A stretch of DNA of 38,713 bases. Source: Bacillota bacterium. GTDB lineage: Bacteria; Bacillota; DTU030. A model generated the notes under the pieces. That model worked only from the letters and a program-made list of their open reading frames with translations, had not been told where the DNA came from and ran no database searches. Shown in pieces: positions 1-8,434 of the stretch; within the stretch, counting starts at the first letter, position 1; each line of letters opens with the position of its first letter. Both the position numbers and the translations under genes were made by a program. The stretch is taken from NCBI GenBank assembly GCA_012842325.1, contig DUTA01000073.1:1-38713 (forward strand), read 5' to 3'.

Positions 1-767
1 CGGGGGTCCAGGCCGTAATTGGCCTTAACCCTCCGCCCGCCCCGGCCGGCCAGGACCGCCACCAGTTCTTCCCAGCTTGCCTCCCGGCAGGTTATCAGGT
101 TGTATTCCCTGGAGATCTTCCCCAGGGAATGGGCATCGGAATTAGAAAGAAAGGTTAAACTGGCAGTCTCGGCGATCCGGTCGGCCATAGAGGTATCGGC
201 ACTCAAGCCCAGTTCCAGCCCGGGCAGGGAAGCCGGTATCCCGGCTGAAAAGAGATACTGTAAACGGCGGGTAGCGTGGCCGTACACCCCTTTGTGGGGG
301 GTAAAGGCGTGGGCAGGGATGGTGATCCCGCCATGCTCGGCAGTGACGGCAACCAGATCCTCCAGGATCAGGTTAATCCGCTGGGTACTGAGATTTATAT
401 TTGTGATCAGGGAAGAAACCCCTTTGGTAAAACCGGTCAGGCTCTCCAGGTCGGGAAAATAGGAAATAATGTGGGCTCCTTCCCGAACTTCCAGCTCTAC
501 CCCCGGGATGAGGGTGATGCCGTTTTTGTACCGGAGGCCGCCCCCGGGCAGCTCCCGCATAAGGCCTGCCCGGCAGAGATGGTGTAATTCCTCCTGGACC
601 AGGGGGCTGAGGGTGTCGACAATGCCAACCAGGTCAAGGCCCTTTTCTGCCCTGGCCGTGGTGAGGATGGCCTCCAGGGTCATTCTGGGAGAAGCCGTTA
701 CCTTGACAGGCCCTCCCCGCCAATTGGCACCCAAATGAATGTGAAGGTCGGCATAAAAATCCCTCAA
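1..767 (-). CDS. Endonuclease Q / TIGR00375-type PHP-domain protein (N-terminal part only; gene continues past the left edge)
   Basis: Absent from the ORF track because there is no stop codon in the window. My translation of the minus frame from TTG at 767 is open down to nt 1: (M)RDFYADLHIHLGANWRGGPVKVTASPRMTLEAILTTARAEKGLDLVGIVD...FLSNSDAHSLGKISREYN. It has an HxH motif near the N-terminus and an SNSDAHS motif, as in PHP-fold EndoQ-like proteins. The TTG overlaps the nudF stop as TTGA. Confidence 0.6.
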   Translation of the reverse strand, partial: MRDFYADLHIHLGANWRGGPVKVTASPRMTLEAILTTARAEKGLDLVGIVDTLSPLVQEELHHLCRAGLMRELPGGGLRYKNGITLIPGVELEVREGAHIISYFPDLESLTGFTKGVSSLITNINLSTQRINLILEDLVAVTAEHGGITIPAHAFTPHKGVYGHATRRLQYLFSAGIPASLPGLELGLSADTSMADRIAETASLTFLSNSDAHSLGKISREYNLITCREASWEELVAVLAGRGGRRVKANYGLDP

Positions 768-1309
768 ACCTCTGCCGGCCCCCTGTTCCTCTCCCAGGCC
801 GCCAGCAGGATGCCGACAATGGTCTTGGCGTCCCGGATCTCACCCCTCTTGATCATTTCCAGGGCAAGGGTGAGGGGTACCAGAAAAGTATGGATGGTCT
901 CATCGGGGTCCAGGGCCTGTTCCCCTGCCGCCAGTCCCCGGGCCAGGAATAAATGCAAGATCTCACTGGCGAAACCGGGGCTTGTATAGAAGCTTGTCAA
1001 TTTTTCCCAGGAAGTCGCCGTATAACCCGTTTCCTCCGCCAGTTCCCGGCTGGCGCAGTGCCGGGGATCCTCACCGGCTTCCAGCTTCCCGGCGGGGATT
1101 TCCCACATTTCCTCTCCCGTAGCCTGCCGGTACTGTTTTATTAAGACAACTTCTTCCCTGTCCGTTAAGGCAATTATTGCCACCGCCCCGGGATGCTCCA
1201 CCACCTCCCGGGTTGCTTCCCGCCCGTCGGGAAGCTGGACCTGATCAATCCGGAGGTTAATTATTCTGCCCCGGTACAGATAATCCCTTGTCAGGGTCTT
1301 TTCTCTCAT
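764..1309 (-). CDS. nudF: NUDIX hydrolase, ADP-ribose pyrophosphatase type
   Basis: ORF 764..1408 trimmed to the ATG at 1309 (cat at 1307-1309), with TAGGAGCG about 8 nt upstream. The product starts MREKTLTRDYLYRGRIINLRIDQVQLPDG. Nudix box: GKLEAGEDPRHCASRELAEETG. Confidence 0.8.
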   Translation of the reverse strand: MREKTLTRDYLYRGRIINLRIDQVQLPDGREATREVVEHPGAVAIIALTDREEVVLIKQYRQATGEEMWEIPAGKLEAGEDPRHCASRELAEETGYTATSWEKLTSFYTSPGFASEILHLFLARGLAAGEQALDPDETIHTFLVPLTLALEMIKRGEIRDAKTIVGILLAAWERNRGPAEV

Positions 1310-1482
1310 TTGGCCATCGCTCCTAAAAATATAGTATAAAATGCCGTCCATGCTCCATACACTATAATAGAAAAACCATGCCTGCCGCCAGAAAAGGGGT
1401 GCTGCCATGCAGGTGCTGGTGACTGCCAGGGGGTTATTCTTGCAGGGAACCGGCCGGGAGATACTGGCCCAGCTGGAACGCT

Positions 1483-2553
1483 TCAGGGGTCGTTACCTGA
1501 CCCTGGGGGAACTCCTCTGGCACGAGCAAGGTGGAGTTCCCAGGCAATAACGCCGGCTGCCGCCGCAGCAGCAAAGAAACTGCTTTCCTCCTCCATGCCC
1601 CGTCCCATGGTCGTAACCTTTATTCCCAGGTCGGACAGGCATGCCAGCCCTTTCCTGCCATCGGCCATCACCACCCGGTGTTTCTGCCACACGCCCTCTG
1701 CCGCCAGCTGCTCCCTGATCTGCCAGTATTCCTCCCGGGGCAAATAGGGCAGGGCCAGGATGGCCGGCCGCAGGGCCACCCTTCCCAGGGCGGTCAGGGT
1801 ATGGTGGCTCACTCCCCGGTGCCGCGGCCTCTTATCGGCGAAGCTGATCCTGGGCACAGCCACCGGCAGGCCCTGAAGGATGGAAACGGCATTAACTATC
1901 TCTCCCAGCTCCAGGCCGGAAAAACCGTATTTTGTTCCCGTCCCCACGATACCCGGGCCCATGCAGGCAATGGCCACATCTGCCTTCAGGACATGCCGGG
2001 CGGCAAGGAGGCCGCTGTAGAGGTTGACAGCCTCCAGGTCCCCCCCAAAGGCATGGCCCACGGTAATGGTATGATCGAGGAGGCCGGAAGCCCGGAGGCG
2101 GGCTACCAGCTGGCTCCAGGCCAGGGGCAGGGCGGCACCATCGGTCATGATATAGACGAGGCGCGCCCGGTGGCGGGAGCGCCATTTTACGGCCGCCGCT
2201 GCCGCCGGGAGCATGCTGTGGAGAGAACCGCAGATTACCGGCAGATTGTGCAGGGACTCGGCCCCTGCCAGCACGGCATGGTGAGGGCTGTCTTCCTCTT
2301 CCACCGCCAGGCAGGAAAACTGGCAGGGGGTGTAGCGCAGCTTCATTATATGGCCCGGTTCCCGGGGTCCTTCCCTCCCCTCCTCCTTGCCCACTATGTG
2401 GATGACAAAATCGTAGCCCCCCGTACCAAGGCTCAGTATCCGGGCCGTCTTATTAACCACCACTGTGTCGCCCAGGGCAACGGTACCCGTCAATGCCTCG
2501 TAGTTAATGGCCCTGGCCAGCCTGGGACCCCTGGCAACGAGGATTTCTGTCAC
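1483..2553 (-). CDS. DUF3866-family protein (uncharacterised); the true start is probably upstream, near 2607
   Basis: The ORF has a GTG start at 2553 with no RBS. The frame is open upstream to a TAA stop and encodes ILLRDTGRVVAITARRPG, which resembles family N-termini as I recall them. GGGAGGGA lies 6-7 nt before an ATC at 2607. The motif NKTARILSLGTGGYDFV is present. Confidence 0.6.
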   Translation of the reverse strand: MTEILVARGPRLARAINYEALTGTVALGDTVVVNKTARILSLGTGGYDFVIHIVGKEEGREGPREPGHIMKLRYTPCQFSCLAVEEEDSPHHAVLAGAESLHNLPVICGSLHSMLPAAAAAVKWRSRHRARLVYIMTDGAALPLAWSQLVARLRASGLLDHTITVGHAFGGDLEAVNLYSGLLAARHVLKADVAIACMGPGIVGTGTKYGFSGLELGEIVNAVSILQGLPVAVPRISFADKRPRHRGVSHHTLTALGRVALRPAILALPYLPREEYWQIREQLAAEGVWQKHRVVMADGRKGLACLSDLGIKVTTMGRGMEEESSFFAAAAAAGVIAWELHLARARGVPPGSGNDP

Positions 2554-2672
2554 TCCCGGCCGGCGGGCGGTTATGGCAACTACCCTGCCGGTGTCCCGCA
2601 GTAAGATGGTTTATCCCTCCCGTGAGAATGGTTGGCTGAACCGCCACCGAACAATGGGGGCATCCTTTTTCT

Positions 2673-2701
2673 AGTATACCACCGGAAGGAGCACAAATCA
2701 T
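2673..2701 (-). promoter_or_regulatory. Possible sigma-A promoter with extended -10 (ATGATT-N17-TGgTATACT)
   Basis: Minus strand reads ATGATTTGTGCTCCTTCCGGTGGTATACT. The TGn extended -10 is good but the -35 is weak (3/6). It lies about 65 nt upstream of the DUF3866 gene. Confidence 0.35.
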
Positions 2702-2778
2702 ACATATTTTCTCTTTCTTACCGCCGGGGCCGGGCCAGGGAACAAGGGGCCAGCCCGTCCGGCAGGGGGGAAGGGGGG

Positions 2779-2806
2779 AAAAATTTGGGGGCCGGTTAAG
2801 GCCCCC
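2779..2806 (-). terminator. Rho-independent terminator after the oxidoreductase operon
   Basis: Minus strand: GGGGGCC-TTAACC-GGCCCCC (7-bp GC stem) followed by AAATTTTT. It starts 10 nt after the gamma-subunit stop codon. Confidence 0.55.
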
Positions 2807-2815
2807 TGTAGTTTC

Positions 2816-3355
2816 TTAAGCTTTTACTTCCTGTGCCCCCCGTTGGATAGCCTGGAGATTTAAGGGGATCAGGCTGTGCCGGTGTTCAGGAAGGACTTTT
2901 TTCAGGACCTCCTCCAGGGTGGAGAAGGATGCGATGCCGGTCAACTGGACCAGTGCCCCCAGGGCCACCATGTTGGTCACCCGGATATTGCCCAGCTCGC
3001 TGGCAATTTCCGTCGCCGGTAGCGCCACGGCCTTGATGTCATCCCGCCGGGGCTCCCTGTCGACCAGGGAACTGTTGATCAGGAGCAGGCCGCCGGGCTT
3101 TACCATCGGTTCAAACTTATCCAGGGAGGGCAGATTGAGGGCGATGACACAACTGGGCTGGGAGACCACGGGGGAACCGATTTCCTCGTCGCTGATTACC
3201 ACCGTACAGTTGGCAGTGCCTCCCCGCATTTCCGGACCATAAGAGGGCATCCAGGATACCTGTTTACCTTCCAGCATCCCGGCATAAGCCAGCATCTGCC
3301 CCAGGAGGAGTACACCCTGCCCGCCGAAGCCGGCGATGATAAATTCCTGCTTCAC
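2816..3355 (-). CDS. 2-oxoacid:ferredoxin oxidoreductase, gamma subunit
   Basis: GTG start with GGGGAGGTGA 7 nt upstream. N-terminus MKQEFIIAGFGGQGVLLLGQMLAYAGMLEGKQVSWMPSYGPEMRGGTANC is typical of the OFOR gamma domain. Confidence 0.85.
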   Translation of the reverse strand: MKQEFIIAGFGGQGVLLLGQMLAYAGMLEGKQVSWMPSYGPEMRGGTANCTVVISDEEIGSPVVSQPSCVIALNLPSLDKFEPMVKPGGLLLINSSLVDREPRRDDIKAVALPATEIASELGNIRVTNMVALGALVQLTGIASFSTLEEVLKKVLPEHRHSLIPLNLQAIQRGAQEVKA

Positions 3356-3357
3356 CC

Positions 3358-4104
3358 CTATTTCACCTCCCCGGGTACTTTGAATTCACCCAATGGATAA
3401 TAAGGTATCATCTTCTCGTCTACCCATTCCATGGCCTTTGCCGGCTGGAGACCCCAGTTGGTGGGGCAGGTGGAAAGGATTTCCACCATTCCAAAGCCCA
3501 GATCATCGATTTGAACCATAAAGGCCTGCTTGATCGCCTTTTTGGCCTTCATAATGTTGGCCGGTTTATTGACAGCAACCCTGGCCAGATAACTGACACC
3601 GGGCAGGGTGGCCAGCATTTCCGCCATCCGCATGGGGTGCCCTGCTTGTTTGATGTCCCGGCCCCGGGGCGAAGTGGCCGTTACCTGCCCCTCCAGGGTC
3701 GTCGGGGCCATCTGTCCTCCCGTCATACCATAAATGGCATTGTTGACATAAATGACCGTTATGCGCTCTCCCCTGTTGGCAGCATGGACTATTTCCGCAG
3801 TGCCGATGGACGCCAGGTCCCCGTCTCCCTGGTATGTGAAAACAACTCGATCGGGCAGGGCCCGCTTAATGCCGGTGGCGACGGCGGGCGCCCGGCCGTG
3901 GGCCGCCTGCTGCCAGTCACATTCCAGGTAATTGTAAGCCAGGACCGCACAACCTACCGGTGCCACCCCGATGGTACGCTCCAGGATACCCAGTTCATCG
4001 ATAACTTCCGCCACCAGACGATGAATGATGCCGTGGGTGCAGCCGGGGCAATAATGGGTGGTGACATCGCTCAAAGCCCTGGGGCGTTCAAATACGACCT
4101 TCAT
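3358..4104 (-). CDS. 2-oxoacid:ferredoxin oxidoreductase, beta (TPP-binding) subunit
   Basis: Contains CPGCTHG cysteines and the TPP motif GDGDLASIG...[11 protein letters not shown]. Its ATG overlaps the alpha-subunit stop (ATGA). Confidence 0.9.
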   Translation of the reverse strand: MKVVFERPRALSDVTTHYCPGCTHGIIHRLVAEVIDELGILERTIGVAPVGCAVLAYNYLECDWQQAAHGRAPAVATGIKRALPDRVVFTYQGDGDLASIGTAEIVHAANRGERITVIYVNNAIYGMTGGQMAPTTLEGQVTATSPRGRDIKQAGHPMRMAEMLATLPGVSYLARVAVNKPANIMKAKKAIKQAFMVQIDDLGFGMVEILSTCPTNWGLQPAKAMEWVDEKMIPYYPLGEFKVPGEVK

Positions 4105-5168
4105 TCTGCCACCTCCTTGCCGGCAACCTTCACTATTTCCCTGCAGATCTCCTCGGGAGTGGGCATCATTCCCCCGGTTCTGCCGTAGAAGTAAACGGGC
4201 CGCTTGCCATTGACGGCCAAACGAACATCTTCAACCATCTGACCGGCACTCAGTTCCACCGTTAAGAGGGCCTTTGCCCCTTCCGCCGCCTGGGCTATCG
4301 CCTCCGTGGGGAAGGGGAAGAGGGTGATGGGACGCAGGAGGCCGGCGGCGATTCCTTGAGCCCGGGCCATGTCCACGGCGGTCCGGGCAATCCTGGCGGT
4401 GATACCGTAGGCGACCACCAGGACCTCGGCATCTTCGCTCCGATAGGTGTCATAGCGCACTTCTTTTTCCGCAATCTCCCTGTATTTTGCCTGCAGGTGC
4501 CAGTTATGTTCTTCCAATTTGGTCGGATCAAGGTAGAGGGAATTGATGATATTCTTCTCCCGGCCCTTTCTCCCGGTGGTGGCCCAGGGTTTGGGGATCT
4601 TGACCGGTTCAAAGTCTTTGAATTCAACGGGTTCCATCATCTGGCCCAGGACGCCGTCCCCCAGGATCATAACGGGGTTCCGGTATTGGTCGGCCAGGTC
4701 AAAGGCCAGGATGGTCAGATCCACCATTTCCTGGACCGAGGCGGGGGCGAGGACGATCAGGCGGTAATCGCCGTGGCCGCCCCCCTTGGTGGCCTGGAAA
4801 TAGTCCGATTGGGCCGGCTGTATCCCCCCAAGGCCCGGACCGCCCCGGACAATATTGACAATGACACAGGGCAACTCCGCCCCCGCTATATAGGAGATGC
4901 CCTCCTGCTTCAAGCTGATCCCGGGGCTCGAGGAAGAGGTCATCACCCGCGCGCCGGTACCGGCAGCGCCGTAGACCATGTTAATGGCGGCTATTTCACT
5001 TTCGGCCTGGAGGAATACCCTCCCCTCCTCCGGCATCCGCCGGGCCAGATACTGGGGCAATTCGCTTTGCGGTGTTATGGGATAGGCAAAGTAAAGCTGG
5101 CAGCCTGCCCTGATGGCAGCTTCGCCAATCGCTTCATTGCCCTTCATGAGAACCTTTTCGCCCAGCAT
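4101..5168 (-). CDS. 2-oxoacid:ferredoxin oxidoreductase, alpha subunit (VorB-like)
   Basis: ORF 4101..5246 trimmed to the ATG at 5168 (AGGAGGGGAG upstream; the delta-subunit stop is at 5183). Product starts [36 protein letters not shown]. Confidence 0.9.
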   Translation of the reverse strand: MLGEKVLMKGNEAIGEAAIRAGCQLYFAYPITPQSELPQYLARRMPEEGRVFLQAESEIAAINMVYGAAGTGARVMTSSSSPGISLKQEGISYIAGAELPCVIVNIVRGGPGLGGIQPAQSDYFQATKGGGHGDYRLIVLAPASVQEMVDLTILAFDLADQYRNPVMILGDGVLGQMMEPVEFKDFEPVKIPKPWATTGRKGREKNIINSLYLDPTKLEEHNWHLQAKYREIAEKEVRYDTYRSEDAEVLVVAYGITARIARTAVDMARAQGIAAGLLRPITLFPFPTEAIAQAAEGAKALLTVELSAGQMVEDVRLAVNGKRPVYFYGRTGGMMPTPEEICREIVKVAGKEVAE

Positions 5169-5182
5169 AAGCCACTCCCCTC

Positions 5183-5386
5183 CTATTTGTATACTTTGAT
5201 GACGCAATCGGGACAAACCCGGGCACAGATGGCACAACCGGTGCATTTCTCCATTTCTTTCACCGTGGCCGGATGGTAGCCCAGTTTATTGATCCCCTCC
5301 GACAGTTTGATTATTTTCTGGGGGCAAAAAACGGCACATAATTCACAACCCTTACACCGGTCCACATTAAACTCAACCTTTGGCAC
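5183..5386 (-). CDS. 2x[4Fe-4S] ferredoxin-like delta subunit of the oxidoreductase
   Basis: Two CxxCxxCxxxCP motifs ([12 protein letters not shown] and [12 protein letters not shown]). GTG start with GGGAGGG 6 nt upstream. Confidence 0.85.
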   Translation of the reverse strand: MPKVEFNVDRCKGCELCAVFCPQKIIKLSEGINKLGYHPATVKEMEKCTGCAICARVCPDCVIKVYK

Positions 5387-5442
5387 TTTTTTCCCTCCCT
5401 TGCCATTCTTTAGATTGGTAACCCAGGGCGCACCCAGTAAAG

Positions 5443-6168
5443 CTAGTGGTTAAGGGTCGGCAGGTACATGCCGGCCGGGGACAGGTTCAGGCCCCGCTCC
5501 CAGGGTTTTTTTATGAAGATCTCCAGGGGAAAGGGGGGAACAGAGGAAAAGGCCCCCACTTCCCCGGCCAGGTCTGACCGCAGGGCAAGGAATGCTATGG
5601 GAAGCTTGAGGACTGAGGCTGCCTCCTGGACAATTCTGTGTCCCTCTTTTATTACGGTTCCCCTGGTTTCCTCGCCCAAATTTGGGTTGCTTACCAGGGC
5701 TGTTACCTTCAGGCCGGCGGCGGCTTCGATTTCCTTTACCAGGGTCGCTATGCCTCCGGCCACCCCCGTCAGGGGGCGGAAGGGGTTGACGACGAAGAAA
5801 AGGTGGTGCTCCCGGGTCTTTATCTCAGCCGCAAACTGTCCCAGGGCGACCGCCCCCAGGTCGTCCCCGCCCACATCGCAGACAACCCGGTACCCCGGGT
5901 CCTGAAGGAGCCCCTTTACCCGGGGCGATATGACGGGCAGATCTGTGTTGGCCCACTCCCGGGGTGCCGCCACCACTTCAATCCCCTTATTCTCCAGGGG
6001 TTGGCCCAGCTGGCGGGAAGTAAAGTAGGGGTTGAGGATGTCCAGGTCCACCAGGGCAACGACGGAGAACTTATCCGCCAGTTGCCAGGCCCAGTTCAGG
6101 GCAATTTCCGTCTTGCCGCTCCCACTGGGGCCAACAAAAATGTTGAGGTGCTTGGCAATGTCTATCAT
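5443..6168 (-). CDS. P-loop NTPase of unknown function (MinD/GPN-like, SIMIBI-type architecture)
   Basis: ORF 5443..6282 trimmed to the ATG at 6168 (downstream of the buk stop at 6188). Walker A is GPSGSGKT, followed by hydrophobic-Asp strands VVALVDLD and VVCDVGGDD. It sits between buk and the OFOR genes. Confidence 0.55.
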   Translation of the reverse strand: MIDIAKHLNIFVGPSGSGKTEIALNWAWQLADKFSVVALVDLDILNPYFTSRQLGQPLENKGIEVVAAPREWANTDLPVISPRVKGLLQDPGYRVVCDVGGDDLGAVALGQFAAEIKTREHHLFFVVNPFRPLTGVAGGIATLVKEIEAAAGLKVTALVSNPNLGEETRGTVIKEGHRIVQEAASVLKLPIAFLALRSDLAGEVGAFSSVPPFPLEIFIKKPWERGLNLSPAGMYLPTLNH

Positions 6169-6187
6169 CTCTCGGTTCCCCCAGTCT

Positions 6188-7276
6188 TTATTCCCTTCCC
6201 CCCGGAGCATAGAGCTTCGCCTGCTCTTCACCTCGCAGCACCCGCAAAGCTCCCTGGGCCAGGGCTTCCAATTCCCCCTCACCCGGGTAAAGGAAAACAG
6301 GGGCCAGGAAACCTATCCGCTCGCGGATCCAGCCCGTTAACATGGTGGAATGGGCCAAACCCCCGGTCAGGACAATGGCATCCACTTCTCCCTTGACAAC
6401 GGTGGCAGCGGCCCCAATTTCTTTGGCCACCTGGTAGGCCATGGCTTCAAAGTAGAAGCGGGCAACCTCTTCCCCGTTATTGATCCGTTCCTCTATCTCC
6501 CTGGCGTCATTGGTGCCCAGGTAGCCCACCAGGCCGCCGCCACCCACTATGTTGCGGTAAATTTCCCTTTCCGTCAGCTTACCGGAGAAACAGAGCCGGA
6601 CCAGATCGCCCACGGGGACACTCCCGGAGCGTTCCGGGGAAAAGGGGCCGTCCCCGTCCAGGGCATTATTGACATCGATGACCCGGCCATTGCTGTGGAC
6701 ACCGACGGAAATCCCGCCTCCCAGGTGGGCAACTATGAGATTCACTTCCGTGTAGGTGCGGCCCAGCTCCCTGGCCGCCCGACGGGCAACCGCCTTTTGG
6801 TTGAGGGCATGGAAAATGCTGCGGCGCTTGATCCCCGGCATGCCCGAAACCCTGGCGATGGGTTCCAGCTCATCGACAACCACGGGATCGACGATATAAG
6901 CGGGAATACCGGCGGCAGCGGCAATTTCGTGGGCCAAAAGGGCCCCCAGGTTGGAGGCATGTTCTCCCCGGGGCGCTTCCCGCAGTTCAGCCAGCATTTC
7001 CTCATTGACGAGATATGTCCCCCCTTCCACGGGGGCCAGGACGCCGCCGCGACCCACCACTGCCGCCAGCGAGTGGGGATCGATCTTTTTTTCCTGCAAG
7101 AAGTTTTCTAAGGCCTGCCGGCGGAAGGGGAACTGGTCAATCACCCGCTTGCAGGTCCCCAATTCCTGGCTGCTGTGGTGTAAGGTCTCCGCGAAAACCA
7201 ATTCCTCCCCCGCAAAAAGGGCTATCTTGGTGGAAGTTGAACCAGGATTAATTACCAAAACCCTTTCCTTTGCCAT
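6188..7276 (-). CDS. buk: Butyrate (branched-chain acyl) kinase
   Basis: MAKERVLVINPGSTSTKIALF... is the ASKHA-fold N-terminus typical of butyrate kinases. 362 aa. Confidence 0.9.
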   Translation of the reverse strand: MAKERVLVINPGSTSTKIALFAGEELVFAETLHHSSQELGTCKRVIDQFPFRRQALENFLQEKKIDPHSLAAVVGRGGVLAPVEGGTYLVNEEMLAELREAPRGEHASNLGALLAHEIAAAAGIPAYIVDPVVVDELEPIARVSGMPGIKRRSIFHALNQKAVARRAARELGRTYTEVNLIVAHLGGGISVGVHSNGRVIDVNNALDGDGPFSPERSGSVPVGDLVRLCFSGKLTEREIYRNIVGGGGLVGYLGTNDAREIEERINNGEEVARFYFEAMAYQVAKEIGAAATVVKGEVDAIVLTGGLAHSTMLTGWIRERIGFLAPVFLYPGEGELEALAQGALRVLRGEEQAKLYAPGGRE

Positions 7277-7317
7277 AGCTCTCCCCCCAAGTAATGTAAA
7301 AATGTAGTTATCCGACC

Positions 7318-8244
7318 CTAACTGTTGCCGGGTGCCAGGGTACTGCTCACCAGCAGGCTCAGGGCAATGGAATTTAACTTGGTCTCATGGGAATCGGCCC
7401 TGGAAGTAAGGACAATGGGGGCCCGGGCCCCGGTGACCAAGCCGGCAATCTTGACCCCGGGACAGAAATAGTGCAGGGTCTTATAGATAACATTGCCGAC
7501 CTCTATGCCGGGTACCAGTAATATATCTGCCTGGCCCGCAACGGGGCTCTGGATGCCTTTCCGCCGGGCGGCTTCCGGGGACACGGCATTGTCCAGGGCC
7601 AGGGGGCCGTCGACTTCCACGCCGGGGAGCTGACCCCGCTGGGCCATCTTGGATAAGAGGGCGGCGTCAACGGTGGCCGGCATCTCCGGATTTACCAGTT
7701 CAAGGGCACAGAGGGGGGCGACCTTTGGTCTTTCAATCCCCAGGGCATTGGCAATGAGAGCTGCATTTCTGATTATTTCTGCTTTTCGCTGCAGATCGGG
7801 AGCTATGTTCATGGCCGCATCGGTAAGAAGAAGTAAACGCCCAAACCCGGGGGGTTCAAAGACGGCCACATGGCTCAGGATCTGACCGGACCGCAGTCCC
7901 CTTTCCTTATCGAGGACTGCCCGGAGCAGGGTGGCCGTGCCCACCAGGCCCTTCATTAAGATATCGGCCTCTCCCGTCCGTACCAGTTCCACCGCCCGGG
8001 CGGCGGCAGCGGCCGGATCCGGCTCGTTGACGATGGTGAAACCCTCCAGATCCAGGCCAATTTCCCCGGCGATGGCCCTAATTTCCTCCTCCCCGCCGAC
8101 CAGAATGGAATTGGCCAGGCCCCTTTCCCGGGCATCGCCGACTGCCTGCAGTATTTCCGGCTCCTGGGCCAGGGCAACGGCGATGGTCCTGGGTCTCTCC
8201 TGCCTCAGGACGGCAGTCATAATCTCCCCAAAGGATCTGATCAC
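7318..8244 (-). CDS. ptb: Phosphate butyryltransferase
   Basis: ORF 7318..8298 trimmed to the GTG at 8244 (GGAGGG 8 nt upstream). The product then starts (M)IRSFGEIMTAVLRQERPRTIAVALAQEPEILQAV, matching the usual Ptb N-terminus. Confidence 0.85.
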   Translation of the reverse strand: MIRSFGEIMTAVLRQERPRTIAVALAQEPEILQAVGDARERGLANSILVGGEEEIRAIAGEIGLDLEGFTIVNEPDPAAAAARAVELVRTGEADILMKGLVGTATLLRAVLDKERGLRSGQILSHVAVFEPPGFGRLLLLTDAAMNIAPDLQRKAEIIRNAALIANALGIERPKVAPLCALELVNPEMPATVDAALLSKMAQRGQLPGVEVDGPLALDNAVSPEAARRKGIQSPVAGQADILLVPGIEVGNVIYKTLHYFCPGVKIAGLVTGARAPIVLTSRADSHETKLNSIALSLLVSSTLAPGNS

Positions 8245-8326
8245 GGTTGTCTTCCCTCCAGAAAGAAGTATAAAGATTTCCACTCCTAGTATCTGCACCA
8301 GAACTTTCCCTTACTATTATACTTAC

Positions 8327-8343
8327 ATGCAAATGTAATGCCG
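8327..8343 (-). promoter_or_regulatory. Sigma-54 (-24/-12) promoter for ptb-buk-OFOR
   Basis: Minus strand reads cGGCATTACATTTGCAt. The GG and GC elements have exactly the consensus spacing of TGGCAC-N5-TTGCA. It lies about 75 nt upstream of the ptb start and directly downstream of a sigma-54 activator gene. Confidence 0.6.
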
Positions 8344-8359
8344 AAGGAATAGGGGGTGC

Positions 8360-8411
8360 AAAAAAATAAAACACGTTTCCCTTTTGCAAAATTTTGCAGG
8401 AAACGTGTTTT
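8360..8411 (-). terminator. Long hairpin plus T-tract after the activator gene; may also act as an enhancer (UAS) site
   Basis: Arms AAAACACGTTTCC (8368-8380) and GGAAACGTGTTTT (8399-8411) enclose the perfect 14-nt palindrome TGCAAAATTTTGCA (8385-8398). On the minus strand this is followed by ATTTTTTT. Confidence 0.5.
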
Positions 8412-8434
8412 CCTTTGCAGGCAATATAATGCAC

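Noticed and set aside
1531-2604. Long antisense or out-of-frame ORFs (for example 1531..2604+, 4356..5279+, 6350..7111+, 10816..11514-, 25288..26295+, 33142..33723+, 37861..38676+)
   Set aside because: Each lies opposite, or out of frame with, a gene that has clear family motifs. Their translations are Pro/Gly/Arg-rich with no recognisable domains. These are typical shadow ORFs of GC-rich coding DNA.
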